A DNA stretch of 64,000 nucleotides from PVC group bacterium (GTDB lineage: Bacteria; Auribacterota; Erginobacteria; Erginobacterales; Erginobacteraceae), in assembly GCA_040773245.1 (NCBI GenBank), contig JAXGWO010000004.1, positions 4,290 to 68,289 of the forward strand. The letters run 5' to 3'. A program made the translations under genes and the position numbers. Position 1 is the stretch's first letter, and every line of letters starts with the position of its first letter. The notes under the pieces were generated by a model. The model saw only the letters and a program-made list of their open reading frames with translations. It made no database searches and was not told the origin of the DNA. Positions 30,339 to 39,514 of the stretch are shown piece after piece.

Positions 30339-31433
30339 CTACGGATGATTGGTCGAGTCAGGGTCTACAGAGCTGCAATTAATCCAATTATTTGTACAGC
30401 CGGTTGCATATGAACTTGAGACATACCAACACTCGTTGAAACCGCTTGCGGTAGTAGAGTTCCCATCTACTCGGCAGCTGCTCAGAAAGTCACACTGATA
30501 GAATCCATTTGTCGTACAGTTATAGGCATAACAGGAGGAAGTGTTGCTGCAAACCTGTAAGCCCGAGGTGGTGCAGCCACTCGCATAGCAGGAAGAGAGG
30601 TTGTGGCATCTGAGAAAGCCGTAGGAGCATCCGTCGGCCGAGCAGCCGACCAGGCGGGAGGTGAGGTTGGAATCCACGCCCCGAAAACCGGCGTTGGCGG
30701 CGGTCCGGACCACGCAGTTGACGAAGCTCACGAACTCGGCGTCGGCGGTGTAGTGGAATCCGGAGTAGAGGCTGTTCACCGAGCGGCAGTTCTGGAGTGT
30801 CGCGTACGAGTTGGTCAGGTAAACCGTCCCGATACTCGAAGCGGTGCTCCCGCCGCCGTCGAAACGCAGGTTCTCCAGGTGGCAGTTCGGCCCCGTGACC
30901 GCGAAGTAGTAACCGTCCGCCGAGAACTGGATGATCGAGGAGTTGCTCTCCCCGACCACGTGCTTGATGTTGATGGGGACAGTGATCACCTGGCTCACGG
31001 GGTAGGTCCCGGCGGGGATGAAGACGCTGTTGTAGGTGGTGTTCTGCAGCGCTGCCACCAGGTCGGCGCCGTCGTCGGCCTTCACCACGTAGTCGTAAAG
31101 CCGCTGGCCCCCGCCGCCGCCGGTCAGGGCGGTGTCTCCCGAACTCCCGAAGTAGATCCGACTCACCCCGCGGATCGTCCAGAGGCCGGTCGTCGGCCGG
31201 AAGACCCCGATCTCGGCGACACCGTCGCCGGTGTAGTCCCCGGCGGCGGGGGTGTCCCCGAAGGTGCCGAAGTAGACCCGGGTCAAACCCCGGACCACCC
31301 AGAGCCCGGTCGAGGGCCGGAAGACGGCGATGTCGTCCCGGGAGTCGCCGTCGAAGTCGGCGGCGGGCACCGGGCCGGTCCCGGCCAGCAGGACCAGGGC
31401 CAGTACGGCGATGATGGCGGTTATCGTCCTCAT
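30339..31433 (-). CDS. Secreted protein with duplicated FG-GAP-like N-terminal repeats and a Cys-rich parallel beta-helix-like C-terminal region.
   Basis: Signal peptide; two copies of VFRPxTGLWxxRGxxRxYFGxxGD; C-terminal repeats such as CYASGCTTSGLQVC and CYAYNCTTNGFYQC. Markedly lower GC than neighbours. Confidence 0.7.
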   Translation of the reverse strand: MRTITAIIAVLALVLLAGTGPVPAADFDGDSRDDIAVFRPSTGLWVVRGLTRVYFGTFGDTPAAGDYTGDGVAEIGVFRPTTGLWTIRGVSRIYFGSSGDTALTGGGGGQRLYDYVVKADDGADLVAALQNTTYNSVFIPAGTYPVSQVITVPINIKHVVGESNSSIIQFSADGYYFAVTGPNCHLENLRFDGGGSTASSIGTVYLTNSYATLQNCRSVNSLYSGFHYTADAEFVSFVNCVVRTAANAGFRGVDSNLTSRLVGCSADGCSYGFLRCHNLSSCYASGCTTSGLQVCSNTSSCYAYNCTTNGFYQCDFLSSCRVDGNSTTASGFNECWYVSSSYATGCTNNWINCSSVDPDSTNHP

Positions 31434-31517
31434 CCTCTCTTCCTCCTTCCCGCCCGCCGGGTCTCCCGGGAGCGGATTGCGGTTAAGGGGAACGTATACC
31501 CCGGAAGCATCTTCCCC

Positions 31518-31649
31518 TCAGTTGCAGGAATGGCCGTGGCCCGGGAAGCCGCGGATGAAATCGTCGCCGTTGTATTCGTTGACGCGGGGCTGCACCCGGC
31601 CGGCGGCGAGAAGAAAGGGAATAACGACGGCAGCCAGTATCTGCATCAT
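31518..31649 (-). CDS. Small secreted peptide of 43 aa: signal peptide plus a Gly/His/Cys-containing tail.
   Basis: Strong RBS GGGAGGAGGGAAAT before the ATG. Hydrophobic N-terminus, then RVQPRVNEYNGDDFIRGFPGHGHSCN. Confidence 0.4.
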   Translation of the reverse strand: MMQILAAVVIPFLLAAGRVQPRVNEYNGDDFIRGFPGHGHSCN

Positions 31650-31738
31650 ATTTCCCTCCTCCCGACGCCAGGGCGACGGGAAAGTTAACGGGAGCAAATC
31701 AGTGGATGGGTTCTTGACTGCCCGAGCTATGTAAACCA

Positions 31739-32872
31739 CTAGCAAAAATTCTGCAAGAATTTTTGGTAGATCCGGTACTTCTTGTAGAGGGTGCCGCCCA
31801 TCATCTCGGCGGCGCGGATGACCAGGAGGTTGTCCTCCAGCAGCCAGGAGATCTCGGAGTCGACGTAGCCGAGGTCGCGGGTGGTCCGGGCCGACTCCAG
31901 GTAGAGCATACCGTCCAGCCCCTTCCTCCGGTACTCCTCCTCGATCCCGGCCATCATCAGCCGGACGGCGTCAATTTTTTTCCGCCCGAGGAGGAAACGG
32001 ATGATCCCGAGCGGACCCATCCTCCCGTTCATCTTCCTGATCACCTGGTTGTAGTCGGGGAGGACCAGGTAGAAGCCGACCGGCTTCCCCCGGTACTCGG
32101 CGAAGAAGACCAGCTCGGGTACGACCAGGGGTTTGAGCTCCCTGGCCATCGCCGCGATCTCGGCCCCGGTGATGGGGACGAAACCCCAGTTCTCCGCCCA
32201 GGCCGAGTTGTAGATCTCCCGGACGAGCTTGAGCTCGTTGTGGAAGTCGTCCATCCGGATGTTCCGGATGGCCAGCCCCTTCTCCTGGAGGACGGCCGAG
32301 AGCCTCTCCAGCCGGGGGTTCATCTCCCTCGGCACCGGGATCCGGTAGGCGAGCAGGTCCTTGGCCTTTGCCAGTCCGGCGTCCGCCATCAGGCCGTGGT
32401 AGTAGGGAAGGTTGTAGGGCATCATAAAGCGGGGCGGGGAGTCGTAGCCCTCGAGGAGAAGCCCGCAGATCCCGTTGGTGGAGGGGTTGAGGGGACCGAT
32501 CATCCTCTCCAGTCCCCGGGACCGCAGCCAATCTTCGGCGGATTTGAAGAGGGCCCGGGCCGCTTCCCGGTCGTCGAAACACTCGAAGTAACCGAAGTAA
32601 CCGGTCTTCTCCCGGTGGTACTCTATGTAATCCCGGTCCGCGATCGCCGCGATCCGTCCCGCCGGTTTCCCATCGCGGAGGGCAAGGAAGAGCGCCCGCT
32701 CGGCGTGTTCCCAGAAGGGGTGGCGGCCGGGGGTGAGGGTCTTGCGGTCCTCCCGGAGCAAGGGAGGGACCCAGTGGGGATTTCCCCGGTAGACCGCCCA
32801 GGGAAAGGTGAGAAACCGCTTCCGGTCCCGGCGGGTGGTGACTTCTTTAACCTGGAGAACGGGGGTTCCCAT
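31739..32872 (-). CDS. BioF2-like/FemAB-like GNAT-superfamily N-acyltransferase; candidate lipid N-acyltransferase.
   Basis: 377 aa. The C-terminal acyltransferase fold resembles GNAT proteins found beside alpha-oxoamine synthases. Confidence 0.7.
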   Translation of the reverse strand: MGTPVLQVKEVTTRRDRKRFLTFPWAVYRGNPHWVPPLLREDRKTLTPGRHPFWEHAERALFLALRDGKPAGRIAAIADRDYIEYHREKTGYFGYFECFDDREAARALFKSAEDWLRSRGLERMIGPLNPSTNGICGLLLEGYDSPPRFMMPYNLPYYHGLMADAGLAKAKDLLAYRIPVPREMNPRLERLSAVLQEKGLAIRNIRMDDFHNELKLVREIYNSAWAENWGFVPITGAEIAAMARELKPLVVPELVFFAEYRGKPVGFYLVLPDYNQVIRKMNGRMGPLGIIRFLLGRKKIDAVRLMMAGIEEEYRRKGLDGMLYLESARTTRDLGYVDSEISWLLEDNLLVIRAAEMMGGTLYKKYRIYQKFLQNFC

Positions 32873-32915
32873 CCGGGGTATCCTGTCGCCGGTTGCCGCT
32901 CAAGGGGAGTTCGAT

Positions 32916-32990
32916 TGCGATAGCGATACCGATAGCGATCCCGACCGGTTGCCTCTGTCCTACTCCCCACTCCCCACTGCCCACTCCCTA
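32916..32990. repeat. Adjacent hexamer-family and heptamer-family arrays (composite locus).
   Basis: GCGATAGCGATACCGATAGCGATCCCGACC followed by CTGTCCTACTCCCCACTCCCCACTGCCCACTCCC, between the SPT-like and GNAT genes. Confidence 0.7.
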
Positions 32991-34181
32991 TATAATCCCC
33001 AGCTTCTTCCCCACCTTCGCGAAAGTCTCGAGGGCGAAGTCGAGCTGCTCGTCGGTGTGGGTGGCCATAAAGCTGGTCCGGATCAGGGTCTGCTCCGGGG
33101 GGACGGCCGGGGGGACGACCGGGTTGACGAAGATCCCGGCGTCGAAGAGGAGCTTGCGCATCAGGAAGGCCTTCTCCAGGTCGCCGATGAAGATGGGGAT
33201 GATCGGGGTCTCGCTATCACCCGTGTGGAACCCCGCGGCCTTGAAACCCTGGAGCATCTTGTGGGTGATGTCCCAGAGCCGGAAACGGCGCTCCGGTTCC
33301 CCCTCGACGATGTCGAGACAGGCCGTCACCGTCGCCACCGCCGACGGGGGGAGGCTGGCGGAGAAGATCAGGGACCGGGCGAAGTGCTTGAGGTAGTGGA
33401 TCACCGACTCGGTTCCGGCCACGCAGCCCCCGATCGAGGCCAGCGACTTGCTGAAGGTGATCATAATCAGGTCGACCTCGTCCTCGAGGCCGAAATGCTC
33501 GGCCGTTCCCCGCCCGGTCTTGCCCAGCACCCCGACCGAGTGGGCGTCGTCGACCAGGACCCGGGCGTTGTATTCCCGGGCCAGCTCGACGATCCGGGGG
33601 AGGGGGGCGATGTCCCCTTCCATACTGAAGATCCCGTCGATGACGATCAGCTTGCCGTTCTCCCCGCAGCGGGAGAGGACCCGCTCGAGATCGTCCATAT
33701 CGCCGTGGGTGAACTTCTTGATCTTGCCGAAAGAGAGCCTGGTGCCGTCGATGATGCTGGCGTGGTCGAGGCGGTCGATCAGGACGGTGTCGTTCTTGCC
33801 GACCAGGGCGGAGATCGCACCCAGGTTGGCCTGGAAGCCGGTGGAGAAGACCAGGGCCGCCTCTTTCCGGAAGAAGGCGGCCAGCCGTTCCTCCAGCTGC
33901 CGGTGGATGTCGAGGGTGCCGTTGAGGAAGCGGGAGCCGGCGCAACCGGTCCCGTACTTCTCCAGGGCGGCGATGGCCGCCTCCTTGACCTTCGGATGGC
34001 AGGTCAGCCCCAGGTAGCTGTTGGAGCCGAGCATCAGGATCTTCCGGCCCTCGATCATCACCTCGGTCTCCTGGGCCGAGGCGATCTCGGTGAAGTAGGG
34101 GTAGAGCCCCGCGGCCATAATTTCCCGGGCCCGGGTGAATTCGTCGCACTTGGTGAAGAGATCAGCCATTGAATTATTCAC
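32988..34181 (-). CDS. PLP-dependent alpha-oxoamine synthase, serine palmitoyltransferase / 8-amino-7-oxononanoate synthase family.
   Basis: PLP lysine in TFSKSLAS, glycine-rich GSNSYLGL and HS/DDAHS motifs. 397 aa. Confidence 0.85.
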   Translation of the reverse strand: MNNSMADLFTKCDEFTRAREIMAAGLYPYFTEIASAQETEVMIEGRKILMLGSNSYLGLTCHPKVKEAAIAALEKYGTGCAGSRFLNGTLDIHRQLEERLAAFFRKEAALVFSTGFQANLGAISALVGKNDTVLIDRLDHASIIDGTRLSFGKIKKFTHGDMDDLERVLSRCGENGKLIVIDGIFSMEGDIAPLPRIVELAREYNARVLVDDAHSVGVLGKTGRGTAEHFGLEDEVDLIMITFSKSLASIGGCVAGTESVIHYLKHFARSLIFSASLPPSAVATVTACLDIVEGEPERRFRLWDITHKMLQGFKAAGFHTGDSETPIIPIFIGDLEKAFLMRKLLFDAGIFVNPVVPPAVPPEQTLIRTSFMATHTDEQLDFALETFAKVGKKLGII

Positions 34182-34224
34182 TCCCTGTGAAGAGGTCTTT
34201 TCCCGGTTGCCCGGGCAACCGGGG

Positions 34225-35208
34225 TCAGAGCCAACCGGCCTCCCGGTACCATTCGATAGTCTTCCGCAGGCCTTCCGGAAGTTGGTAACGGGGGGAAAAT
34301 CCCAGTTCGGTCCGGGCCCGGGTTATGTCGCAAACCCAGTACTTATGGCTCATCTCCCGGACTTTGTCCAGATAAAATGCCGCCGGGGAGCGGGGGAGGA
34401 GCCCGGCCACGAACCGGATGGCCGCACTCCCGGCCGTCCAGGGCACCTTGAATCGGCCGGTCCGTTTCCCCAGGTTGTCGCGCAGCAGATCGAACGTGTC
34501 TTCCCAGGTGTAGACGTTCCCGTCGGCCAGGAAATAGGTGGCCGGCTCTTCCCCCGTCCTGGCCGCCGCCAGGAGAATCCCCTCGACAACGTCCCGGACG
34601 TGGACCGCGGAGAAGGTCGAGCCCCGGCCTCCCGGCTGGAATCTCCAGCCCCGGCCGGCCATCCGGATCAGCTGGAGGGTCTCCCGGTCTCCCGGCCCGT
34701 AAACGGCCGCCGGTCTCAGGATGGTTACCGCGAAACTGTCCCGGAAACGGCCGGCCTCCTCCTCCGCCGCCAGCTTGCTCTCCCCGTAAAGGCTGACCGG
34801 ATGGGGGGCTTCCTCCTCCCGCCGGGGACGGCCGTCGGGACTGGGGCCGGCGGCGGAGAGACTGGAGACGAAAATAAACCGTTTGACCTGGCGGGTTTCC
34901 CGGGCCGCTTCCAGGAGGTTCCCGGTCCCTTCGAGGTTGGCCGCCAGGAACTCCCTTCGGCTCCGCCCCCGGACGCGGCCCGCCAGGTGGAATACCGTGT
35001 CCATCCCCTCCAGGGCGTCCCGCAGGGAAGCCCGGTCCCCCAGCTCCCCGATCGCCACCTCCACGCCTTCCCGGGGGAGGCGTTCCCGGGAACTGGCCGC
35101 GCGGAGCAGGCAGCGGACCTGCCAGCCCCGGCTCCGGAGACTTCCGGCCAGATGGCTGCCGATAAACCCGCTGGCCCCCGTGATCAGGGCCAATTTTTCC
35201 TCGCCCAT
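34225..35208 (-). CDS. NAD-dependent epimerase/dehydratase-family (extended SDR) reductase.
   Basis: [12 protein letters not shown] Rossmann motif and YGESK catalytic dyad. 327 aa. Confidence 0.85.
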   Translation of the reverse strand: MGEEKLALITGASGFIGSHLAGSLRSRGWQVRCLLRAASSRERLPREGVEVAIGELGDRASLRDALEGMDTVFHLAGRVRGRSRREFLAANLEGTGNLLEAARETRQVKRFIFVSSLSAAGPSPDGRPRREEEAPHPVSLYGESKLAAEEEAGRFRDSFAVTILRPAAVYGPGDRETLQLIRMAGRGWRFQPGGRGSTFSAVHVRDVVEGILLAAARTGEEPATYFLADGNVYTWEDTFDLLRDNLGKRTGRFKVPWTAGSAAIRFVAGLLPRSPAAFYLDKVREMSHKYWVCDITRARTELGFSPRYQLPEGLRKTIEWYREAGWL

Positions 35209-35379
35209 ATCGGTAACACCTCCGCCCGGCTGTCTGATTGCCGGGAGAATACGAAAGTAGTATAAAGACCGGTCCGGGGCAAGGCAAAAGGGGTTTGCCG
35301 TTATCCGGTCCGGGCGGGATTCTCTCTTGCCGCCGCCGGGGGGATGTAATATTGTCTTTCCGGGTGGCAGACTGCCTCT

Positions 35380-36021
35380 ATGAAGACGATCCTCCTGATC
35401 CTGCTGGCCGGCCTGGTCGGCCAGACCGAGTACATCGAGGTTTCCGGCGACCGCCTGGGCCGGGACCCGGCCCAGTACATCGGGGTCCCGATCAAGCTCA
35501 AGTGCCGGTTCCTCAAAGAGGACTCGACCTGGCTCAACGACGCCGACGTCCCCCGGCCCTCGGGCCGGTACGCGGGTTTCTTCGTCGAGGCCGAAAACCG
35601 GATCTTCGCCCAGCTCTTCTTCCCCCGGGAGCAGGCGGCCCAGCTGCAGAGATTTGAGCGGGGCGACCGGCTGATCATCTACGGGAAGGTCTTCAGCGCG
35701 CGGTTCAACTTTCCCTGGATCGACGTGGAGAAGATTACCGAGGGCTGGGTGATCGGCGAGGAACCGGAGCCGGTCCGGGAGGAGCGGGTCCGGGTGGCCA
35801 AGGAGTACGAGGACTTCGTCACCGCCCGCCGGCGGATCCTGGAGGAGCTGGAGCTGGACGATGTCCGGGATATCTACATCCGGCAGGAAGCGCTGATCAA
35901 GCTCCTGACCGAGAAGGGGATCTTCACCGCCGACGAGCTTGACCGGGAACTCCTGCTCCGGAAGGTCCGGCCGACCCCGGTCCCCTACATCGACCTGATC
36001 CTCGATCCGGAGAAGAGGTGA
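35380..36021 (+). CDS. Hypothetical protein with an N-terminal signal-like hydrophobic segment.
   Basis: 213-aa ORF with stop/start overlap to xdhC. No family recognised. Confidence 0.5.
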   Translation: MKTILLILLAGLVGQTEYIEVSGDRLGRDPAQYIGVPIKLKCRFLKEDSTWLNDADVPRPSGRYAGFFVEAENRIFAQLFFPREQAAQLQRFERGDRLIIYGKVFSARFNFPWIDVEKITEGWVIGEEPEPVREERVRVAKEYEDFVTARRRILEELELDDVRDIYIRQEALIKLLTEKGIFTADELDRELLLRKVRPTPVPYIDLILDPEKR

Positions 36022-36836
36022 GCGGGATGGACGGGGACGTCTTCAGCTTCATCGAGGAGAGGAAACGGTCGGGAGAGGGTGTGGTCCTGGCCACCGTGGT
36101 CAGGAGCCGGGGGTCGGCGCCGGTCCCCGCGGGGACCAGGATGGCGGTAACCGCCGGGGGAACTTGCGGCACCGTGGGCGGCGGTCCCCTGGAGGCGAGG
36201 GTGATTTCGGCCTCCCGGGAGGCCCTCGCCGCCGGAAAGCCGCGGCTCCTGAGCTTTCGTCTCGACGGGGAGGAAGCGGCCGGGCTGGGGATGCTCTGCG
36301 GCGGGGAGCAGGAGATCTTCCTCGACGTGGTCAACCCGGTTGCCGGGCTGCTGATCTTCGGCGGGGGACACGTCGGCCGGGCCCTGGCCCGGGTGGCGGC
36401 GGCGGCCGGGTTCCCCTCCACCGTGATCGACGACCGGGAGGAGTTCGCCGATCCCTCCCGCCTGCCGGCGGGCTGCCGGGCGGTCCGGCTCGATTTCGCC
36501 GGCGACTGGGGCGGTCTGCCGATCACCGCCGACTCCCTGATCGTCATCGTCACCCGGGGACATAAGTTCGACCGGATCTGCCTGGAGAAGTCCCTGGCCA
36601 CCCCGGCCCGCTACATCGGGATGATCGGCTCCCGGAAAAAGGTGGCCGCCGCCCTGGCCGAACTGGCGGCGGCGGGGGTTCCGGCCGGGGAAGACCGGCG
36701 GGTCTACGCTCCGGTGGGGCTCGACCTTGGCGGACGAACCCCGGAAGAAATCGCGGTCAGCATCCTGGCCGAGGTCATCGCCGTCCTCCGAGGGGGGGCC
36801 GGGGGTCACCTGCGGGGGGAACCAGGAAAACCCTGA
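36018..36836 (+). CDS. xdhC: XdhC/CoxI-family molybdoenzyme maturation protein.
   Basis: N-terminal XdhC_CoxI domain (VLATVVRSRGSAPVPAGTRMAV) and a C-terminal Rossmann-like domain (LLIFGGGHVGRALA). Confidence 0.85.
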   Translation: MSGMDGDVFSFIEERKRSGEGVVLATVVRSRGSAPVPAGTRMAVTAGGTCGTVGGGPLEARVISASREALAAGKPRLLSFRLDGEEAAGLGMLCGGEQEIFLDVVNPVAGLLIFGGGHVGRALARVAAAAGFPSTVIDDREEFADPSRLPAGCRAVRLDFAGDWGGLPITADSLIVIVTRGHKFDRICLEKSLATPARYIGMIGSRKKVAAALAELAAAGVPAGEDRRVYAPVGLDLGGRTPEEIAVSILAEVIAVLRGGAGGHLRGEPGKP

Positions 36837-36918
36837 TTGCCGGTTTCAACGTTCACCATCGTTTCCGGTCATTCCCGGAGCCTGTTTCCGGGCCGGCAAT
36901 CATAATCCCCGAAACCAG

Positions 36919-37599
36919 GTGAAACCACCGCCCAGATCGGTTTACGCGGTTGTCCTGGCGGCCGGGGAGTCCCGCCGCTGCGCCCCCCGCAACAAGCTCT
37001 TCCTCCCCTGGAATGGTTCGACCATCCTGGAGGCGGTGGTCTCCGCGGTCCTGGCCTCCCCGGTGGCGGGGACGGCGGTGGTCGTCGGGCATCAGGCTGA
37101 AAGGGTCACCAGGTTCCTGGAGAAGTTACCCTGCCGGGCGGTTCTCAACCCGGACTATCGGACGGGGATGGGATCATCTCTGGTCGCCGGACTTGACTCC
37201 TGGCTGGCTCTCCCGGATTTGCCCGCCCAGGCCGGCTTCCTGATCGTCCTCGGCGACCAGCCCTTCATCTCCCCCGGGATCATCGCGCAGGTGGTCGCGG
37301 CTTACCGGGGTTCGGCGGCGGAGATCGTCGTCCCGGTCTTCCGGGGCCGCCGGGGCCATCCCCCGATCTTTCACCGGAACCTGGCCGGGGAGATCCGGGA
37401 AGTCGCCGGCCGGTACGGTGCCCGCGAACTCTTCCGCCGTCATCCGGAGAAGATCCTCCCGGTGGAGGCGGGAGGCGGGGAGATCCTCCTCGACATTGAT
37501 ACCTGGGAGAGTTACCGGCGGCTGGCGCCGCCGGTATCGGTTGACCGGCCCGGGTTCAAATCTTCCCCCCGTCCGCGCGGTCTTCGGCCGGAACGGTGA
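36919..37599 (+). CDS. MobA-like nucleotidyltransferase, probably molybdenum cofactor cytidylyltransferase MocA.
   Basis: AVVLAAGESRR...LGDQPFI motifs. The track ORF begins at 36727, but that N-terminus is low-complexity overlap with xdhC. A GTG at 36919 is the likely start. Confidence 0.65.
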   Translation: MKPPPRSVYAVVLAAGESRRCAPRNKLFLPWNGSTILEAVVSAVLASPVAGTAVVVGHQAERVTRFLEKLPCRAVLNPDYRTGMGSSLVAGLDSWLALPDLPAQAGFLIVLGDQPFISPGIIAQVVAAYRGSAAEIVVPVFRGRRGHPPIFHRNLAGEIREVAGRYGARELFRRHPEKILPVEAGGGEILLDIDTWESYRRLAPPVSVDRPGFKSSPRPRGLRPER

Positions 37600-39301
37600 A
37601 GGTGATTTTCTCGCCCATCCGGGGAGTGTGAAAGCGGATGCCGGGGAGTTCCCGGCGGTAGTAGTCGGACAGGAGGGGGGCGTTTTCGGGGTCGGTGTGG
37701 ACGATCAGGACATCCCGGAGACCATCGATCCCGGAGAGGAAGTCCCGGATCTGGTCCGGGGTGCCGTGCCCGCTGAAAGAGCCCATCCGGGCGATTTCGG
37801 ACCGGACCGGGTAGACCTGGCCGTCGATGGTCACCGAGGCGGCGGGCCGGCGGGTGACAATGTTCCCCCGGGGGACGGCGCGCCGCCCGGACCCGGTCTC
37901 CAGGAGGAGGACGGCCGCGTTCTCCCCCTCCACCGTCCCCCGCAGGGCGGTACCGTCCTTCAGGACCAGTTCCTCGATCTCCCCCAGGCGGGTGAGCTGC
38001 CCGCCCACCGTCGCCGGCGACTGGTAGCCGACGAAGATGAAGACGGTCCGGGGGTCCCCGACCCACTTCTTCACGAACTCCTTGGCGAAGCCGGCGTCGG
38101 CCATCCCGGAGGAACAGGAGGCGATCTCCCCATAGCCGACGTCCTCGTCATCCCGCTGAGGTATCACGGCGATATCATCGAAAGGACCCACCGCGGCGTA
38201 ATCAGCGGCGAAGAAGGGGGCGAGTTGCTCGTCGCGGAAGGCGGTCGAGTAGATGCGGTTGATCTCCTCGATGCTGGGGCTGAAGACCTTGACCTTCCGG
38301 CCCTCCGGGATCACGCCTTCCCGGATCCCCCGGGAAACCTCGTGGATGACCTGCTGGGCGCGGTCGAGGACGAACGAAGGGATAATGACCCGCTTCCCTT
38401 CCCGGACCTTCTCCCCGACGAAGCGGCGGAATTCCTCCCGGGGTTCCCGGCTCTGCTCCTCCGGTCCGTAGGTCCCCTCGATGATCGCCCAGGCGGCGCG
38501 GTCGACCCGGTCCTGTTTCCTCAGGAAAGGGGAAAGACCACTGCCGTAATCCCCGGTAAAGAGCAGGGCCGCCCCGGTCTGGGGGTTGCGGATCCGGGCC
38601 ATCAGCGAACCAGGGAGGTGGGGAGTGTGGAAGAATTCGGCGGTCAGGCGGTCGGTGATCCGGTAACTCCGTCCCGGCCGGACCAGCTCGACCATCTTCA
38701 GTACCTCCTCGATCTCCATCCGGGCGCAGTTCCGGCACATATAGAACCCCCGGTCTTCCAGTTCCGGCCGGGAGCAGGTGACGGTAGCCTGATCCCGGAT
38801 CCGGTCCCCCCAGGAACAGTCCGGGAAGAGGTGGGCGATGGTGTTTCTTCCCTGGCGCCCTTCTCTCCGCTGGGTGGTCCGGGAGTAATAAAATCTCTCC
38901 CGGCCGAAATCCGAGTGCCGGGCCGATATCGCCAGCATCACCGGCATCAGTTCCCGGCTGGGCGGCGAGCAGTAGATCTTCCCCCGGAACCCCTTCTTCA
39001 CCAGTTCCGGGATTCTCCCCGCGTGGTCGGCGTGGATGTGGCTGAGGATGATCGCCGGGATGCGGTCCAGCAACTCTCCGGGAAAGTCGGGGGCCTCTTC
39101 CCCGTCCCGTCCCGCGAACTGTCCTGCGTCGAGGATCAACAGGTCACCATCAAAGGAGACCAGGTGGAGCGATCCGGTCACGACCCGCCCGGCTCCGTAA
39201 CTGGTGTATTCGAGGACGGAGGCCGGCGGGGTCCGCTCCGCGGAGACGGCGATCAAGGGAAACAGCAGGAACGGGAAGAGCAGACGGCGGAAAATTTTCA
39301 T
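37556..39301 (-). CDS. Secreted metallo-beta-lactamase-fold beta-CASP family hydrolase, probably a nuclease, with an inserted Cys4 zinc-ribbon.
   Basis: Signal peptide MKIFRRLLFPFLLFPLIAVSA, HxHxDH motif (HIHADHAG), beta-CASP region, and an inserted C-x2-C...C-x2-C cluster. Start taken at the internal ATG complementary to 39299-39301. Confidence 0.75.
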   Translation of the reverse strand: MKIFRRLLFPFLLFPLIAVSAERTPPASVLEYTSYGAGRVVTGSLHLVSFDGDLLILDAGQFAGRDGEEAPDFPGELLDRIPAIILSHIHADHAGRIPELVKKGFRGKIYCSPPSRELMPVMLAISARHSDFGRERFYYSRTTQRREGRQGRNTIAHLFPDCSWGDRIRDQATVTCSRPELEDRGFYMCRNCARMEIEEVLKMVELVRPGRSYRITDRLTAEFFHTPHLPGSLMARIRNPQTGAALLFTGDYGSGLSPFLRKQDRVDRAAWAIIEGTYGPEEQSREPREEFRRFVGEKVREGKRVIIPSFVLDRAQQVIHEVSRGIREGVIPEGRKVKVFSPSIEEINRIYSTAFRDEQLAPFFAADYAAVGPFDDIAVIPQRDDEDVGYGEIASCSSGMADAGFAKEFVKKWVGDPRTVFIFVGYQSPATVGGQLTRLGEIEELVLKDGTALRGTVEGENAAVLLLETGSGRRAVPRGNIVTRRPAASVTIDGQVYPVRSEIARMGSFSGHGTPDQIRDFLSGIDGLRDVLIVHTDPENAPLLSDYYRRELPGIRFHTPRMGEKITFTVPAEDRADGGKI

Positions 39302-39374
39302 ATGTTTCACTCCAAGTGCGGAGTCAACATAACATAGGGACAACGGCGCCGGGAAAATAAATCCGGCGGCCCGG

Positions 39375-39405
39375 GTTGACAAGCTCCGGGAGGTTGCTAT
39401 ATGAT
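39375..39405 (+). promoter_or_regulatory. Sigma-70-type promoter for tRNA-Val and the downstream genes.
   Basis: TTGACA at 39375-39380, a 17-bp spacer, then TATATG/TATGAT. Located about 15 nt upstream of the tRNA 5' end. Confidence 0.5.
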
Positions 39406-39422
39406 GGACCGGCTTCAAGATC

Positions 39423-39495
39423 GGGCGATTAGCTCAGCGGGAGAGCACCTGGATCACAACCAGGGGGTCACTGGTTCAATCCCAGTATCGCCCAT
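39423..39495 (+). tRNA. tRNA-Val (anticodon CAC).
   Basis: GGGCGATTAGCTCAGCGGGAGAGC D-arm, anticodon stem CCTGG/CCAGG with loop ATCACAA, T-arm GGTTCAATCC, acceptor GGGCGAT/ATCGCCC. Confidence 0.8.
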
Positions 39496-39514
39496 AATCA
39501 GGGGACAAGCATCG

